From Paraphysomonas bandaiensis (lineage: Eukaryota > Protista > Chrysophyceae): 64,000 nucleotides of DNA. The first letter of the stretch is position 1. Every line of letters starts with the position of its first letter. The DNA lies in the NCBI GenBank assembly GCA_965644295.1, contig CBFFRP010000380.1, forward strand, positions 248,001 through 312,000, written 5' to 3'. The notes beneath the pieces were generated by a model. The model made no database searches and had not been told where the DNA came from. It worked only from the letters and a program-made list of their open reading frames with translations. Positions 46,554-59,913 of this stretch are shown here, one piece after another. A program made the translations under genes and the position numbers.

Positions 46554-49500
46554 TTACACTAATTTTAACCACTCGGACAACCGCTTCGCCAGTCCACTCT
46601 CAATAATTCCAGCCGATGTTGTTGGGCGAGTGGATGAACGCTTGATGCCGGGCCCAGACATCACCGACTCTAACTCATCGCGCTGGGATTGAGCATCCAC
46701 GGAATGATTGTCGTCGTCGGAGGAGTAGATCCACAAATCGCTCACTACGAGGCGACAAAACATTTCTGTAAAGTCATCAAAGGTAACAAATAAGTCCAAA
46801 CTTGATATGTCATCAGATCCTGGGCTTTTCTTGTTGATCGCCTACAGCCAATATGGGTCAAGAACGATTAAAAATATAAATTATACATAGACACAGAAAA
46901 TTCAATACCTCCATGATTTGTATAACTCCAACATCATCTTCTTGTATAGTAGATCCCCGAAGGGCAAGCGCAAGTTTCACGACATGCTTAACTTGAGGGG
47001 ATGGAGTGGTCGATCCTGAACACGATAATTAGAGCTCATACACGTCACACACGCATATTACAAACACATTCATAATTCATTTTAAGACCTGGAAATCCCT
47101 CATTCGCAATATCAATCACCTGGTCCCAGAGGGAACGCATGGAGGATGCATACTTACGGAGTACCATTTGTACCTGAATATATAACGTGGGAGAATATAC
47201 GAAAACTTCGTATTCATATAGCATGCACAACAAATATATTCCACTGCACCATCACAAGTCTGACCTTATCAGAATACAAGGCTGCCACAAACACAGGTGG
47301 GGGTCTGATTTCAGATGCCAACGGCTCGATCTACAGAAAATGAATATCAATGCACACAACTAAAAGCAGCAATGACAAAACCAACAAACGTCACACAACG
47401 ATATATAACATGCACCATTACTGCAAATTATGGAGAATAGGTGTACATTTGCACGACAGTAACAGATAAACTGAGCACATACCGTCTCCGCCATTGTGCG
47501 ATAGACGATATCAAACAGCCCTGCACCAGAAACTCCACCATGCCGACGACACATGGCCTCCGAAATAATCCTTACTACCAGCTCCACAAACTCCCTCTCA
47601 CGAATCGGCAGCAAGAAGTCTTGATAAATATCTTTTTCAAAAGTAGTGTTCAAAGCCATATCCAAACGTTTAAAAGCAATATTAATTTCAGGTATAGTAC
47701 GCTCCGCGTGGAGGGCAGGAGAGTCCTCTCCTGATGCATCCATCATCACGCCTCCAGTATTACTATAAGAGTCAGGATTATCCACGCTCTTTCTTGGTAA
47801 TCTGCTTTTTACTTCCTCTGCCCCATTACTCAGAGTACCGGCCATATCGTTCCCTTGCACACTGCCCGCCTCGGAATTATCACGATTCCGGTGACTACCC
47901 GCAGACCGTTGGTTACTTCGAGATGATGTCCGACTGCGAGCGGAATGTGAATTAAAACTAGTCCGACTGGTACGGTCTTGGTGAGAAGAATCCTCATTCT
48001 CATCTTCTTCAGCGGTTTGAGTTATAATGGGAGGAGGTGGGAGGGCATTGATTAGTTCTTGACGACGGTATGCTTTCTCCATTTCATGTGCAACTTTGCT
48101 GTGTATCAATACACTGTAAGTGACGTAATCGAGAACAGAGCTAAGGAAACATATATCGAAAGCATATATGCAAATTTAAAAGTACACAGTATGTTGGTGT
48201 CGAAACAGTGGTAGTTGTTATGATATTTCAATATGTTTACACTGGAAACCACGGCTTACCTGTGCTCGTTGTGCATCGCTTTCACACACATACAGACATC
48301 ATATCCCGTCAAAAGTGGACCAATTAACTCACATTCCCTAGCAAACTGACACAACTGCTGCAGTGTAATACAGAAAAACTTGTCTAATATGCATCTCCGG
48401 CTGTGAAAAAGCAACTCCATTGGCGTCCAATCTTTCGGGGGATGAAGAATTGGGTGGGTGTCACGCTTAGATGGTTTATTCGAGTGCTGAATACTTCTAT
48501 AAGTCCCAGCTGCGTTCGTAAAACGCTTTAAAAAACTACGCACTGCTGCATTGTATCGCAGAATAAGTCTCTCAATATCCTGGGTTTGAATTTTGTGGTT
48601 GGTTTTATTCCCCGTCACGGGATAGGAAGCGAGAACATCGTTTATATGCAATCGATATTGCGCATTTACAGACTCAGTTTCTCGAGGCATTGAAGCGGAA
48701 TTGGTGTTTGATAACTCATTGCAACCAGGTGGTGAAGAAAGCATGCGATCACAATTAAATTCCCCAAAATGAATACGCCCATCCGAGTGAACAAATGTTC
48801 CTAATATAAATTCAAACGTTTAGAATAGTATGGGAAAATTTACATTATACATTGTAGAATATAGTTAGTATTTATTTATCACAAGGTGTGATAATCTTAG
48901 AATGTTTAGAATCATACCATATCCATTCTTCATGTTATTTTCCCATTCGCCTTCATACTGTGATCCATTGGCATAAAAGAAACATCCTCTACCGAATCTC
49001 ATCCCTTCTTTCCATTCACCCCTGTATATGTTACACATTTGTCGTTGAAACGACTTCCCAGGTGTATCCGCCCATATTTGCTCCCCAACGCCATGGGGAA
49101 GATCATTATCCCATGCACCGAGATATACCTCGCCTACAGCACACATGCTTCTGTTAGTCCACAGAAGCTACAAAAACGATTCGATACAGTCCAAATTCAT
49201 TGGCCAGCAAAAGATGCATTATTGCAGCGCGAAACGACACACACATATAAATGCTATAGAAAAATATACATTAGATATGACACTGACATGAACTGTTGGA
49301 AGTATGAAAACAACTTTAGCACACAAAAACAACGGTGTACACATTCTCGAATACCTCTATCTTGCCAAGTCATGACACCTTGACCATGTTTCTTGTCGTT
49401 TACCCACTCGCCTTCATAAATATTACCGGAAGAATAAGTCATCGTCCCAAACCCTTCACGCTTATTTTCTACCCACCCACCAACATAAAACACAGTTCGA

Positions 49501-49901
49501 GCTTTGTCGTAGTACATAGTACCGCTACCGTGTCTTTTACCATTGTACCATGATCCGTCATAGTACTGACCAGTGGAGCACTCAAATATTCCATGACCAT
49601 GACGCTTACCACACACAATATCACCAGTATATTTGCTGCCATCAGGCCACACGTACTCTCCAGAGCCATCCATATGCCCACGAGCAAAATCGCCCTTGTA
49701 TTCGACCTTATCAGCCCATACAAATGTTCCTTTCCCATCAAACAGTCCATTTTTATAGGATCCCGAGTATGATGACTCATTATCGAGAACAGCTGATCCA
49801 GGGCCGTGGAATCTCCTCTTCTGCTCATCGTATTCACCTTCATACGATTTCAACACTGTGTTAGCAACACGACATTCTAATGTATCTACCACCTCCGTCA
49901 T
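46554..49901 (-). CDS. MORN-repeat protein, radial spoke head 10B-like, multi-exon
   Basis: About ten Y.G.W.....HG.G MORN repeats including N.YRGEW..G.R.G.GCFFYANGSQYEGEW, followed by helical C-terminal exons (REREFVEL.VRI, TFDDFTEMFCRL). Confidence 0.8.
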
Positions 49902-50361
49902 TATGACGGTTAAAGAGTATCTATGAGACTATTATCGAGTATATGATTGATATGATGTGACTCTATCAACACAGTGTTTGAATACACACACTCATATATA
50001 ACACACACACACACGAAACGTTTCAGTTTTAGGTTCATATAAATATAGCAATCTGCTGCTGGTGCTGTATGGCAACTACGTGACATGTCGAATCGTATAG
50101 TATAAAAAAAAGGACTTCTAGAAAATTGGCAAAATATGCATTTCTATATCCTGAAAAACATGACTTTTTAGGACTATCTTGTCGTGGTGATGTAGTGCAG
50201 CAGTATGCCTATGCCTGGTATGTGAGTATGAGTAGATGTTAATGGAATGTATGCATGTATCAATATACTGCTATAGAGAGGAAGCAGCCCTGTACCACAT
50301 AACTCATTCATCGTGATATATTATAGATCATATCATCTACTGGTATCATTCTATAGTAGTA

Positions 50362-52710
50362 ATGTCACGTAATACAAGTGTGACTATTCTAACTATTATT
50401 ATCTTGTTCTACTTCTCTCTGTTACGATATACATGCGGCTCAACTTATGAATCTCATATCTTTAACTGTAGTCGAGAAGAGGTAGTTGTGTGTTATGAGT
50501 ATGATACATGAAATATACTAATATTCAATACAGGTGATTGATGATAACTATTGCGATTGCTCTGATGGATCGGATGAGTTGCATACATCTGCTTGCTCAG
50601 GCCGCACACAGCAAAGGTATATTGCTCGTTGTTTTACTGTACCCTGTCTTATGATTATAGGTTTCATTGTTTGGGAAGTGGTTATCTGAACGTATCCATT
50701 CCGATGTCGAGAGTTGGGGACGGTCAGTATATCTTGCCTATTCGTATTTGAAAAACCGAATCGTTTAAAGTTCATGTGGTGACACCTTTCATCAACAGGA
50801 ATTTGTGATTGCTGCGATGGTGCTGATGAGATCGGTTCTTTTTTCGAACCTGAATGTCCAGATCACTGCGCTACAGATATACATCGACTGAAAATGCAGC
50901 TTATCAGCGAGTATCGGCAAATTTCCTCCGGTCTCAGGGCGAGAGGAGATATGGTCGCAAACCTGAATAGGCGCAAGCTTAGGGAACAACAGACTCTAGA
51001 TGGTCTCGTATCAGAGCTGGAGGAGACACAGCGGCTGTATTACTCAATTAAAGTATGGCTTAGTCATGAGCAGCGCACAGAATCCAGACTCAGGTTTCAA
51101 GAGCTGCGGCGAAGGGCCAGAGCTTGTGGTGAAGGGTTCCTGGAGATGTGTGATCTTTTTCGAGACGGCAACGAGAATTTGGAAGAAGAAGATATGCCAG
51201 ATTTATGGGGAAATGAAGGTAGCATTGAAATAAGTGAGGTCGATGAAGAAGAAGATGGTAAAGATAGTGAGAGGGAGCAGACCTCGGACAGCGCGGCGCG
51301 GGACGAATACAGAAGACATATGAGTGCGGTAGAACGAGTCTGGTCTAGCTACTGCACAGATGAAGAACAGCGCACAGGACTGCTTGGTGGTGAAGAAACG
51401 TTGCGGATTCATCGCAGTTTGAAACAGTATATTCAGTTCGTGACAGGTCCTGGTGGAGCGGCGGAACGAAAGCAGCGTAGAGGGGTCGAGGCTGTGCGCA
51501 AAAAGTCTACGATTTTTGGACCTTTTCTGGATAATGGTAGAGAAGGACATATACTTGGTGCTCAGGTGCTTTGCGAGATTGTGGGTTTGATCCTTTCTCC
51601 TGTGACAGTGCCTTGTACATTAGCTCACCGGATCTGGAAGGGTGTTGTGTCATATATGTGGGACGGAATAAAGACTTGTGGTACATCTCACATAGATGAG
51701 CAGCCCTGTCACGATAGTGTCGTTTCAGGCGCTAAAGCTTTTCTTGCAGTTTACCAAAGTGGTTTTGTGTCTACACTCTCTGCCACCCTGGACCCCACAC
51801 AATACAGTGCAGTGATGGCCGTGATTGATCGTCTCCTTCCCACCTACAGGTGGAGCATGTGGTTCACGCGTATTATCCAGATGGCACCATGGTACTACTT
51901 TAGATTCTATCTATCTGACGGTGCTGATCGGCTACCTGTCCTTCGTAATGCGTGCACTCTGCGGGAGGGTCTCCGAATTGCCTCTGACGAGATTGATGCC
52001 ACGAAGCTACGCATAGAGAACAAGCAGGGCGAGGGGTCGGACACTGATAAAAATTTTCCAGTCAAGACAATCGACTTTGGACCTGATGGCGCATGGGAAT
52101 CTCTATCTGATACTTGTCTTGAGTATAACCAGGAACAGTACAATTACAAATTGTGTTTTTTCAAGGAAGTAACTCAAAATCACATCCGAGTGGGCACATT
52201 CTCAGGGTGGCACAAAGACGCAGCAGAATCAGATACGAGCTCCACACCACCGAAGGGTTCCTCAATTAGGGACAGGATGAGTCGCATGAAAAAACGCATA
52301 TCACGGAGTATAGAGAACAAGGTAGATACAAAACGAGATCAAGATTCATCAGAGTTAGTGGAAGCTTATACCAAGCAGTTTTATGACATGGGTGAAAGGT
52401 GCCACAACGGTAGGAATAGAAATGCAGTGGTCACATTACAGTGTGGAAGTACGACTGAAGTGCTTGAGGTCGTGGAGTACGAGGTGGGGAATACTTTTTA
52501 AAAAATGATTATGTGAATTGATTTGTGTAGGTGTGTGGGTACTCCATTGCAGTACGTTGTCCCCTAGTTTGTGATCCAAAGCAGGAGGAAGAGATACTTG
52601 CCAAGCTCAAAGATCTAGATGTCGCAGGATTCAATGTAAAAAAATCAAAAGCCAGCCATATTTCTGGAGAAGTTAATATAGATGGTGTTTTGTCTGATGG
52701 ACAATTATAA
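50362..52710 (+). CDS. Glucosidase II beta subunit (PRKCSH)-like protein, multi-exon
   Basis: Signal peptide; DDNYCDCSDGSDE..TSACS and GICDCCDGADE Cys motifs; C-terminal MRH domain CLEY...QYNYKLCFFKEVTQ...G.RCHNG.NR.AVV.L.CG...C.Y......PLVC. Confidence 0.85.
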
Positions 52711-53920
52711 TGATGGTTCTGTTCATAATTAATGAGTGACGTAGACACGCATCAATGGTATAGGACAAGCGTTAGTTATTGTTGTAGTGTGGTGCGGACG
52801 TGCGGAAAATTAGTGGAATTTTCGACATACATTAAACTAACTTTACTTTGAATGTACTATTATATTGCTATGTTCTCCTGGTAATTCTATCATAAGTGCT
52901 AATTAATGTATGTCAAGTGCATATAGTCTCATATCTCATTGTGATCATATACTCTTTCTTCTGCTTTCCCTACATCTCCCACCGCTACTGGTGAAACACC
53001 AAGCAGAAATTCTTCAAAAAAATTCTTTCTCATTTGAATGAAAACGGTACTAACATCAAAGTAACTGGGTGGCTAGTATATATGTATATTTGATCGAGTC
53101 ATATACAGTATACAGTAACCTCTTTTTTATTGTGTTTTGCTATTTGAGAACAATTAAAAGCGGTAGTTCTAAGGTATTTAAATTACGACCGTTACATAAA
53201 GAATACAGCAGTGATGAAAAGTATTACATGTAGTGAATGCCTTATTAGCAATAGGCGGTATTACATGAACTGTTGAGAAGATGATAATCATCAGTAGTGA
53301 AACTGCAATATACTGACTGTATAAGATCGTATGAAGATGATTGGTAGTTGATATAACTTAAATTTGGCGAATGACAATGAATGATAAGTGAGATAGATCA
53401 TAATTTATAATTCAAGCATTACATTCTGCTATTTAAATCTTCATGTAAAATACTGATTTTTGATATTTTCATCGTGTAGAACATATAATTCACATAATCG
53501 ATATTGCACATACTTACTTGAGAGTGTAACTCTACTGCTCAATCTATCCTGGAAGATATACATCATAAATCAAAATTTGGTTCAGTCTTGTTTAGATGAA
53601 CGACAACACGTATATGTCAAGAGGCCAATGGAATAATTCGTGAGTGACGTAGAAATGAGAGAAAGAGATAAAAGAATTCCTTTCAGAAGTTGAAAAAAAT
53701 TGCAATTAAATTAACTTGTGTAAAATTTATCATAGTAAAAGTATTCTTCATACTTGCATCATTAATCAATAGATTAACGTCATAACCAGTAGAAATAAAG
53801 ATACGCTCGATTTACATCAAATATGTGTTGGTATTCCCACATACGACAGTCTGACATGGTACACAAACTTCATGAAAGGTGTACGCTTGCTATGCTATGT
53901 AGTTAGCATTGGAAACAAGA

Positions 53921-54355
53921 TTAATCGCGATGTGTGCTGACAACCCGGGATATAATTTTTCTCAGCACGCGATCTCTGCCGCTTATGTGGTGGGAATTAT
54001 GTTGCTGGAAGGGCTGTTTATTTTCATCGTCTCTCTGATTTTTAGTCAGACTAGGGTTAGAATGCCTTCGATTCTTTAAGTCCCCTGAGTGTGGGTTTTC
54101 TTTAGTGTTATCGTTATGATAGATCCCATCAACAGCACTGTTAATCATACGAGTGAAAACACGATCCCTCCCGCTCTTCGTACGTGTCATCGTTGTTCGA
54201 GACTTTCTTGCTGCTTCTTGTAGAGGAGTATATTTACCGAAAGCAGAAAAAGAGGATCTTCTCTTGTCTTGAGTCGTATTGCAGTTAGAATCGTTCTCGT
54301 TACTCACTTCTGCGTACTTATGAATCTTGTTCTTCACTGGACTATCCTGCATCAT
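53921..54355 (-). CDS. Hypothetical hydrophilic protein with two SGRDRV motifs
   Basis: 144-aa ATG ORF with an internal repeat, SGRDRVFTRMI / SGRDRVLRKII. Confidence 0.5.
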   Translation of the reverse strand: MMQDSPVKNKIHKYAEVSNENDSNCNTTQDKRRSSFSAFGKYTPLQEAARKSRTTMTRTKSGRDRVFTRMINSAVDGIYHNDNTKENPHSGDLKNRRHSNPSLTKNQRDDENKQPFQQHNSHHISGRDRVLRKIISRVVSTHRD

Positions 54356-55960
54356 TTCTTACTTCGTCCTTTAATTAATTATATGAATGAGTATTATGAA
54401 CTGTGTTCAGAGGTGTGAAAGTTGTTGGATGTGTTAATGGGAGTACATACATATATATGTGTGTGTGTTGGTCAATAGATACCTGCGTGAGAGTGGGATA
54501 GATATGACACTGATATACACTATGGATGCAACAGAACAATACATCATCAGCTGCAGTTCTGACAGATGGAATGTTCTTTGGAATGTGGTTTCTACAAAAA
54601 AAAATCTTACCCCATTTTTATATGGAATTCCCACGTGTACTTGTACTTATATGAGTGTGTGTACTTACATAAGTGTATGTACTGCTGCATGTCGCTCGTA
54701 ATATAGCAGTACTCCCACATTACATACAGCTACAGTAGCCATATGATGTAGATGGATATTACTATTAATAGCATTATGGTTCGCGTTGCTGGTTATCATC
54801 CACTGATCGAAATGAAGCGCCAAGCTTCGAACAGATAGCGATTCTTCTCATCTTGAGATGAGTGTCTGGAGTGGTGTGTATGGTATAATAGATCACACCT
54901 TCCTCACTGCCTCTCATGCTGTATCAGATATCGAAGATACTTTGAGCTCTAATGAAGCTGGACGTATTAATATTTGACTCGATTCATGCATACATCACAA
55001 TTGAGGTGGACATTGCACGTCTATGTACATAGTAGTGTATAATAGGCTCTGGGTTTACGTAAAGCAGTATTATCACACTGTCATATCTCAATGAAGTATG
55101 TCTTTACGTGTGAAGTCAAGTAATGGTTGTAAACTTCGCATTAGATGGAGCAGTACTATTATTATATGTACATCATAGTAGTGTATAATAAGCTCTGTGT
55201 TTACGCAGAGGCAGTATTGATTGCCGTCGTTACCTATTTGCACACTTTATATCTGTGTGCTATTCAGTATCTTAAGTATCGCTACTTACAATCTGTTTCT
55301 TCAATACAGTCAGCTAGACAGCCAACTGCTTCTCCCTTCTAGTATCACGCTACAGTAGTATTATCCTAATCGAAATAGAACTGAATTGTGGTGCGTATTC
55401 TCAGGGACGGTGAGGAGGAACAGCGGAGAGGACGGGGGGTTCATCTTAATCCTAAAAAATTCTGAAATAGTACCCTTTACATTTAATTCCATAATGGAAT
55501 ATTGAATATTCCTGCATCTTGCTCAGTTTTAGTACTATAATAGCTATCACACAATAGGTTCTCATAGTACGGTTAGCTACAACTGTATTCTTAGAGCAAC
55601 GGTTATAATTCAAATATCTTAGAAACTACAGCTTTTAATTGCTCACAAACAGCATATCTCAACACTACTAGCTCACTACCTCTATGACTCAATACAGGTT
55701 TGAAGAGCCCCCTTCATCCCACATTTTTTCAGTGAAATTGCATAACTCCAACATGTCACTACATACTACATACATTCATGAGTAACTCCATTGAAAGAAC
55801 AACGCAACTTTCAGCGCAACACTAAATCAGCGCAACAATTTCGAATAATAAAAATGCTAGCACTAGGTTTGTAAGTCTGTTCTAAATGAACTGTGACTAC
55901 AGTCTACATCCACAGATGAGGACGACAACCTAAACAACTCCTGAACTACACCTTCCTGTC

Positions 55961-58240
55961 TCAAATACTCGGCATCATTAATATTACACCACTCCTCATC
56001 GTCTTTGAAAGGGTACTGAGCGCCCTCGTATCCGATGAACCGAATAGATGATGAGCATCGTAGAAGAGAAGAATCTCGTTTAATTCATTTAGACGCAGTA
56101 TTGGACACGCAGCGGAACAAGGCTCCCACACAAGCTCCATCCCCTCCGTACCCATAACTCCTCCAAACACTACATCCCCCTCGCAGAGCGTATACGCGAG
56201 ACGGCATACGTATGGGACAAATCCTTTGCAATGGGTAGAAACCGAGCCAAAGGAAAATCCGGACACGATCGCACAACGGCTTCCACATGCGCAGACTGTG
56301 CACACCCCACAGACAACATGGCGCACATGCTTCTCACCTGCACTCACCCTGACATCATTCACATACGTGAAGATGTCCACCAAGCACACCACAATAAGCT
56401 TGACAAACTTCGCACACGGACGCTCCCCCATCCCTGGTTTTACACCGCCATAACCAAACTAGCCAAAGCCGCATGGAACCCAGCCACCCCCCAGGTTGAG
56501 CGCTACTGGACCGGCCACATTACTGCCACACAAATGGCCGACGCATTCGGACGCCACATATCCAGCTCACTGCTCGAACATCAATTCCACGCCCTAGAAA
56601 AATCCATCGCCTCTATCCTACTCCCCCTATATGATGGAGGGCTCCGCATGCTTCGCAATAGGGGACACAGACACCACAACGTAGACACGGCACCGGCGAC
56701 ACCGGTCCCGACACACGCAAAGCCCCGCCAGCCCCAGGTTACCCACCCGACACCAAAAGTACTCCAGCTACTCCAGGCGACATCCACCCCACGAACTACA
56801 CTCTCTGCAAGAGCCCAGACCCGACAGAGGCAAGCGCAACCACTCCGGAAACAACTTCTCCTTACTTGTAGCCGAAACCCCACCTCAACAACCAGCACCA
56901 TCTCCACCACCGACTTGCACTCTCACATACATCTCGCCTCACCCACCCCCCACATATTCCATGGCACAGGCCCGCCAGACACATTGCCCAAAGGTAGACC
57001 CCCCGACTAACCTCACTACAAGGGACGGTTGCACCATGGTGCTCGCAGCGATGCACAAGCAGTCCCGAGACGGTTGCCCGCCACTAGTAGTATATAGCAA
57101 ATCTAGTTATTAGCTAGTCTGTAGACATAAACTAGTTTCTGTACGCAACCGTACTCATGTAATAATCAGACTTTCATATAATTCATTTAGACGAGTGCAA
57201 TCCCACGGAATATTCTTTGTTAGTATATCGCTACTGACCAAGACATCCTCTTTGTCACGCCCAACATATCCCGTGCAACCAGCTATACCCAAGACGTAAT
57301 TTGCTACGTTCCTCAAACTGATTCTCATATTCATGTCATACTCCTTCTGTTGATTTAATCTAGACTTTTTATCCAAAAACTGGGGTTGTGGAGCCAAACA
57401 ACGTATCCCCATAATCTCGCATGCGAATGGAGTAATTTCTTCCTGGCCACGACCTCGGATGCCGTCATAGTCCATTAAAACTATCGAGTTGTTGCCAAAT
57501 ACCCTCCCATATCTCTGTGCTAGGTCCTCAATAAACAGTGATACATACCGGAATTTATGGTTGTGCACTATCCATGAGCTATAACTGTTCGGCCTTTTGG
57601 CACTCTTATTCATTTGAGTGTATAATGACTGGAGCCAACTGATAGGGTTTCTGTATGTAATAACAATCTTAACAGCGTCATACCCTTCGCAAATTTCTTT
57701 CAGCTCCATAATTTCATCGTGATTGAGCACAACTAAATCTTCACTAGAAAATACAACTGATTTTCCTTGGTCGAATGCATTTTTAATGTCACTTCTTGTC
57801 CGCTGCAAGTAATAAGCATATGTGTGATTGACGATCGATTTGCGGTTACAAAGACGATCCATATACTTTTCGTAATGTGGACATTCTAGCATAGACCATG
57901 ACCATAGGAAGTTGTAATCTATCGTTGTATTATGCCGACTTGATTTTGGAAGTCTCAGAGCCTTTTCGATATGGCTGTATATTTTGATCCCCGGAGCAAA
58001 TCCACCAGCTGTAGGCATAACCCACCCATGACGAGCAAAATCGAAGTAGCACTCGGCCATTGAGGCTTGTAAGGCTGATGTGCCAGTTTTTTGCGGTCCG
58101 ATATGAATCACAAGCTCACGTGGACTTCGACTGTTACCATTCACTGGAGCATCTTAAATGTGTCTTAGACATGGACCAAAGGCTCCAGACACACACCGCC
58201 ACAAACACAGAATACCGAATGTAAGAAACACACCCGCCAT
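55961..58240 (-). pseudogene. Sulfotransferase-like (P-loop) gene disrupted by the LINE insertion
   Basis: LVIHIGPQKTGTSALQ, VVFSSEDL and IVITYRNPISW..SLY.Q motifs. The TSD encodes RLNEL on both sides of the insertion. In-frame TAA at 58154-58156 lies between the signal-peptide ATG (58240) and the catalytic region. Confidence 0.7.
56096..57178 (+). mobile_element. 5'-truncated non-LTR retrotransposon (LINE) fragment
   Basis: C/A-rich composition; CCHC knuckle C-x2-C-x7-H-x4-C (CADCAHPTDNMAHMLLTC) typical of LINE ORF2 C-termini; ORF ends at 57010; flanked by the 15-bp TSD TAATTCATTTAGACG (56081-56095, 57179-57193). Confidence 0.85.
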
Positions 58241-59100
58241 GTGAACTCGGTCCTATTTAAACGTTATAATTACATAAAATTATTCTCTATTGTAGTGTGT
58301 GTGAGTTTTGGGTTTAGCGAAACTAGAAAGATCTACAAGTATGTAAAATGAATTACACAACCTAAACTAGACCCTTAAAATGTATATACTATGGATTGCG
58401 CTGCTTGATGGGCAACAAGGAATCCACATATTTATTTGAGGAGCCTGGATCTGCATTCCGCTTTGGCGGGGTATGTTTAGTAGTTGAATGGTCCCACTTT
58501 GCTTTGCAATGATGCATTTCTACGTGTGCTGAGCGATAAATGTCCTATGCAGAGCTCTTACTTTATTAATTCAACCCAATACTGCCTTTCATTCTCATTG
58601 TATGCATGCAGCATCTACATCCGAGTTATATGGACGAGTGTTCAATACAGCTAAGCTTATAATCCAGAGGTGAATAAACGTATGTGCCGTGTGACACTCC
58701 TGATGTGATTTTATATATATGAAAGTAATCGATACGAATGGAAATTTTGAATTTTGAATTTTGAATTGGTATTCCCTGTGATTAACATTAAGAAGATATA
58801 CAAAAAGTCAAAGTATACAATCAATGGTGTCTACAGCAGGGAATGGCAATTGTACCAAATAAATTTCCGAATTTCATAATGCTACAACAAACTTACCCTA
58901 CTACTAAACATAAGGATACTGAGGGAAACAGATTAAATTTATACATAAACGTGATCATCATGAATGCACAAGAAAATTGTAGTGTGTATGATATGTGTGT
59001 GAAATCCTATCGTGACCAAATTCCTAACGGAACAATCCCCACTACCCCAAAGCACCTTCAACATCAGCTGTGGGCTGCGGCATTTCCGCATTTGAAGTCT

Positions 59101-59592
59101 CCCCTCAACAAAGTCGGACTCGCACCTTTTCGTGGTGATCTGGGGGATAAGTACCGGAAATATTTCTCCAGAAAACTAACGTGAACCGCATGCATAGTCA
59201 GCAGATATTGTTCTACCCACACATAGCCTAATGCTTGTGTGGTACAAGGGACACTAATTAGTGTTATTTGTGTAGACGTCTTTGAGCCCTGACGAATAAA
59301 CAGGTATCCGGGAATGGGCCCACCTTAAGAGTATTTGGGATATTGGACAGGAAGCTGAAGTCAAATATCCGGGCTGTTCACCTTAAGGACTCATATCATA
59401 TCAATATTTTGCCTGCTCACTGTGTATTTTCTTTGCGTTATAGAGCGGAAGTGGTTGCGCCTTGGTGCTTGCGATGGCGCAGAAGCAGCATTCGTAGCGT
59501 TATATAGTAGGATATCAGAGTTAAGCACTAGTTAGAGTTAAATTGCAATGCTGAATTAGATCGGACTCTTACATGCCTATTGCTAATAATAA
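59101..59592 (+). repeat. Dispersed repeat family A, longest copy
   Basis: Matches 5075-5410 (inverted) and 38868-39087 (direct). Confidence 0.85.
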
Positions 59593-59913
59593 GAATGAAT
59601 TATATATCACTTGCACTGAATTATATCAGACGCAGGAGGAATATAACGTGGAGTGTTTGATACCCTGCTTTGAAAGCTCACTCATCATTGTGTTTTCTCT
59701 GAAAATGCGTAACGGAATAAGTTGTTACTGCACCCTTACATATTATGTGCTATGATGGTTGTCACAAGTTTCATTTCGCAATTGAATTCTAACGGCTATC
59801 CTTCTGAACATCACTACACCAGTGAAACAAGGAATCTATCTGTCTACAAGAATGAAATTATTTTTCAAAGAACTTACCTACCGAGCTAAGATGATAAACA
59901 ACCGCAACAATAT

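Noticed and set aside
55022-55222. ~50-bp imperfect direct repeat (55022 and ~55165)
   Set aside because: Local duplication with no element hallmarks.
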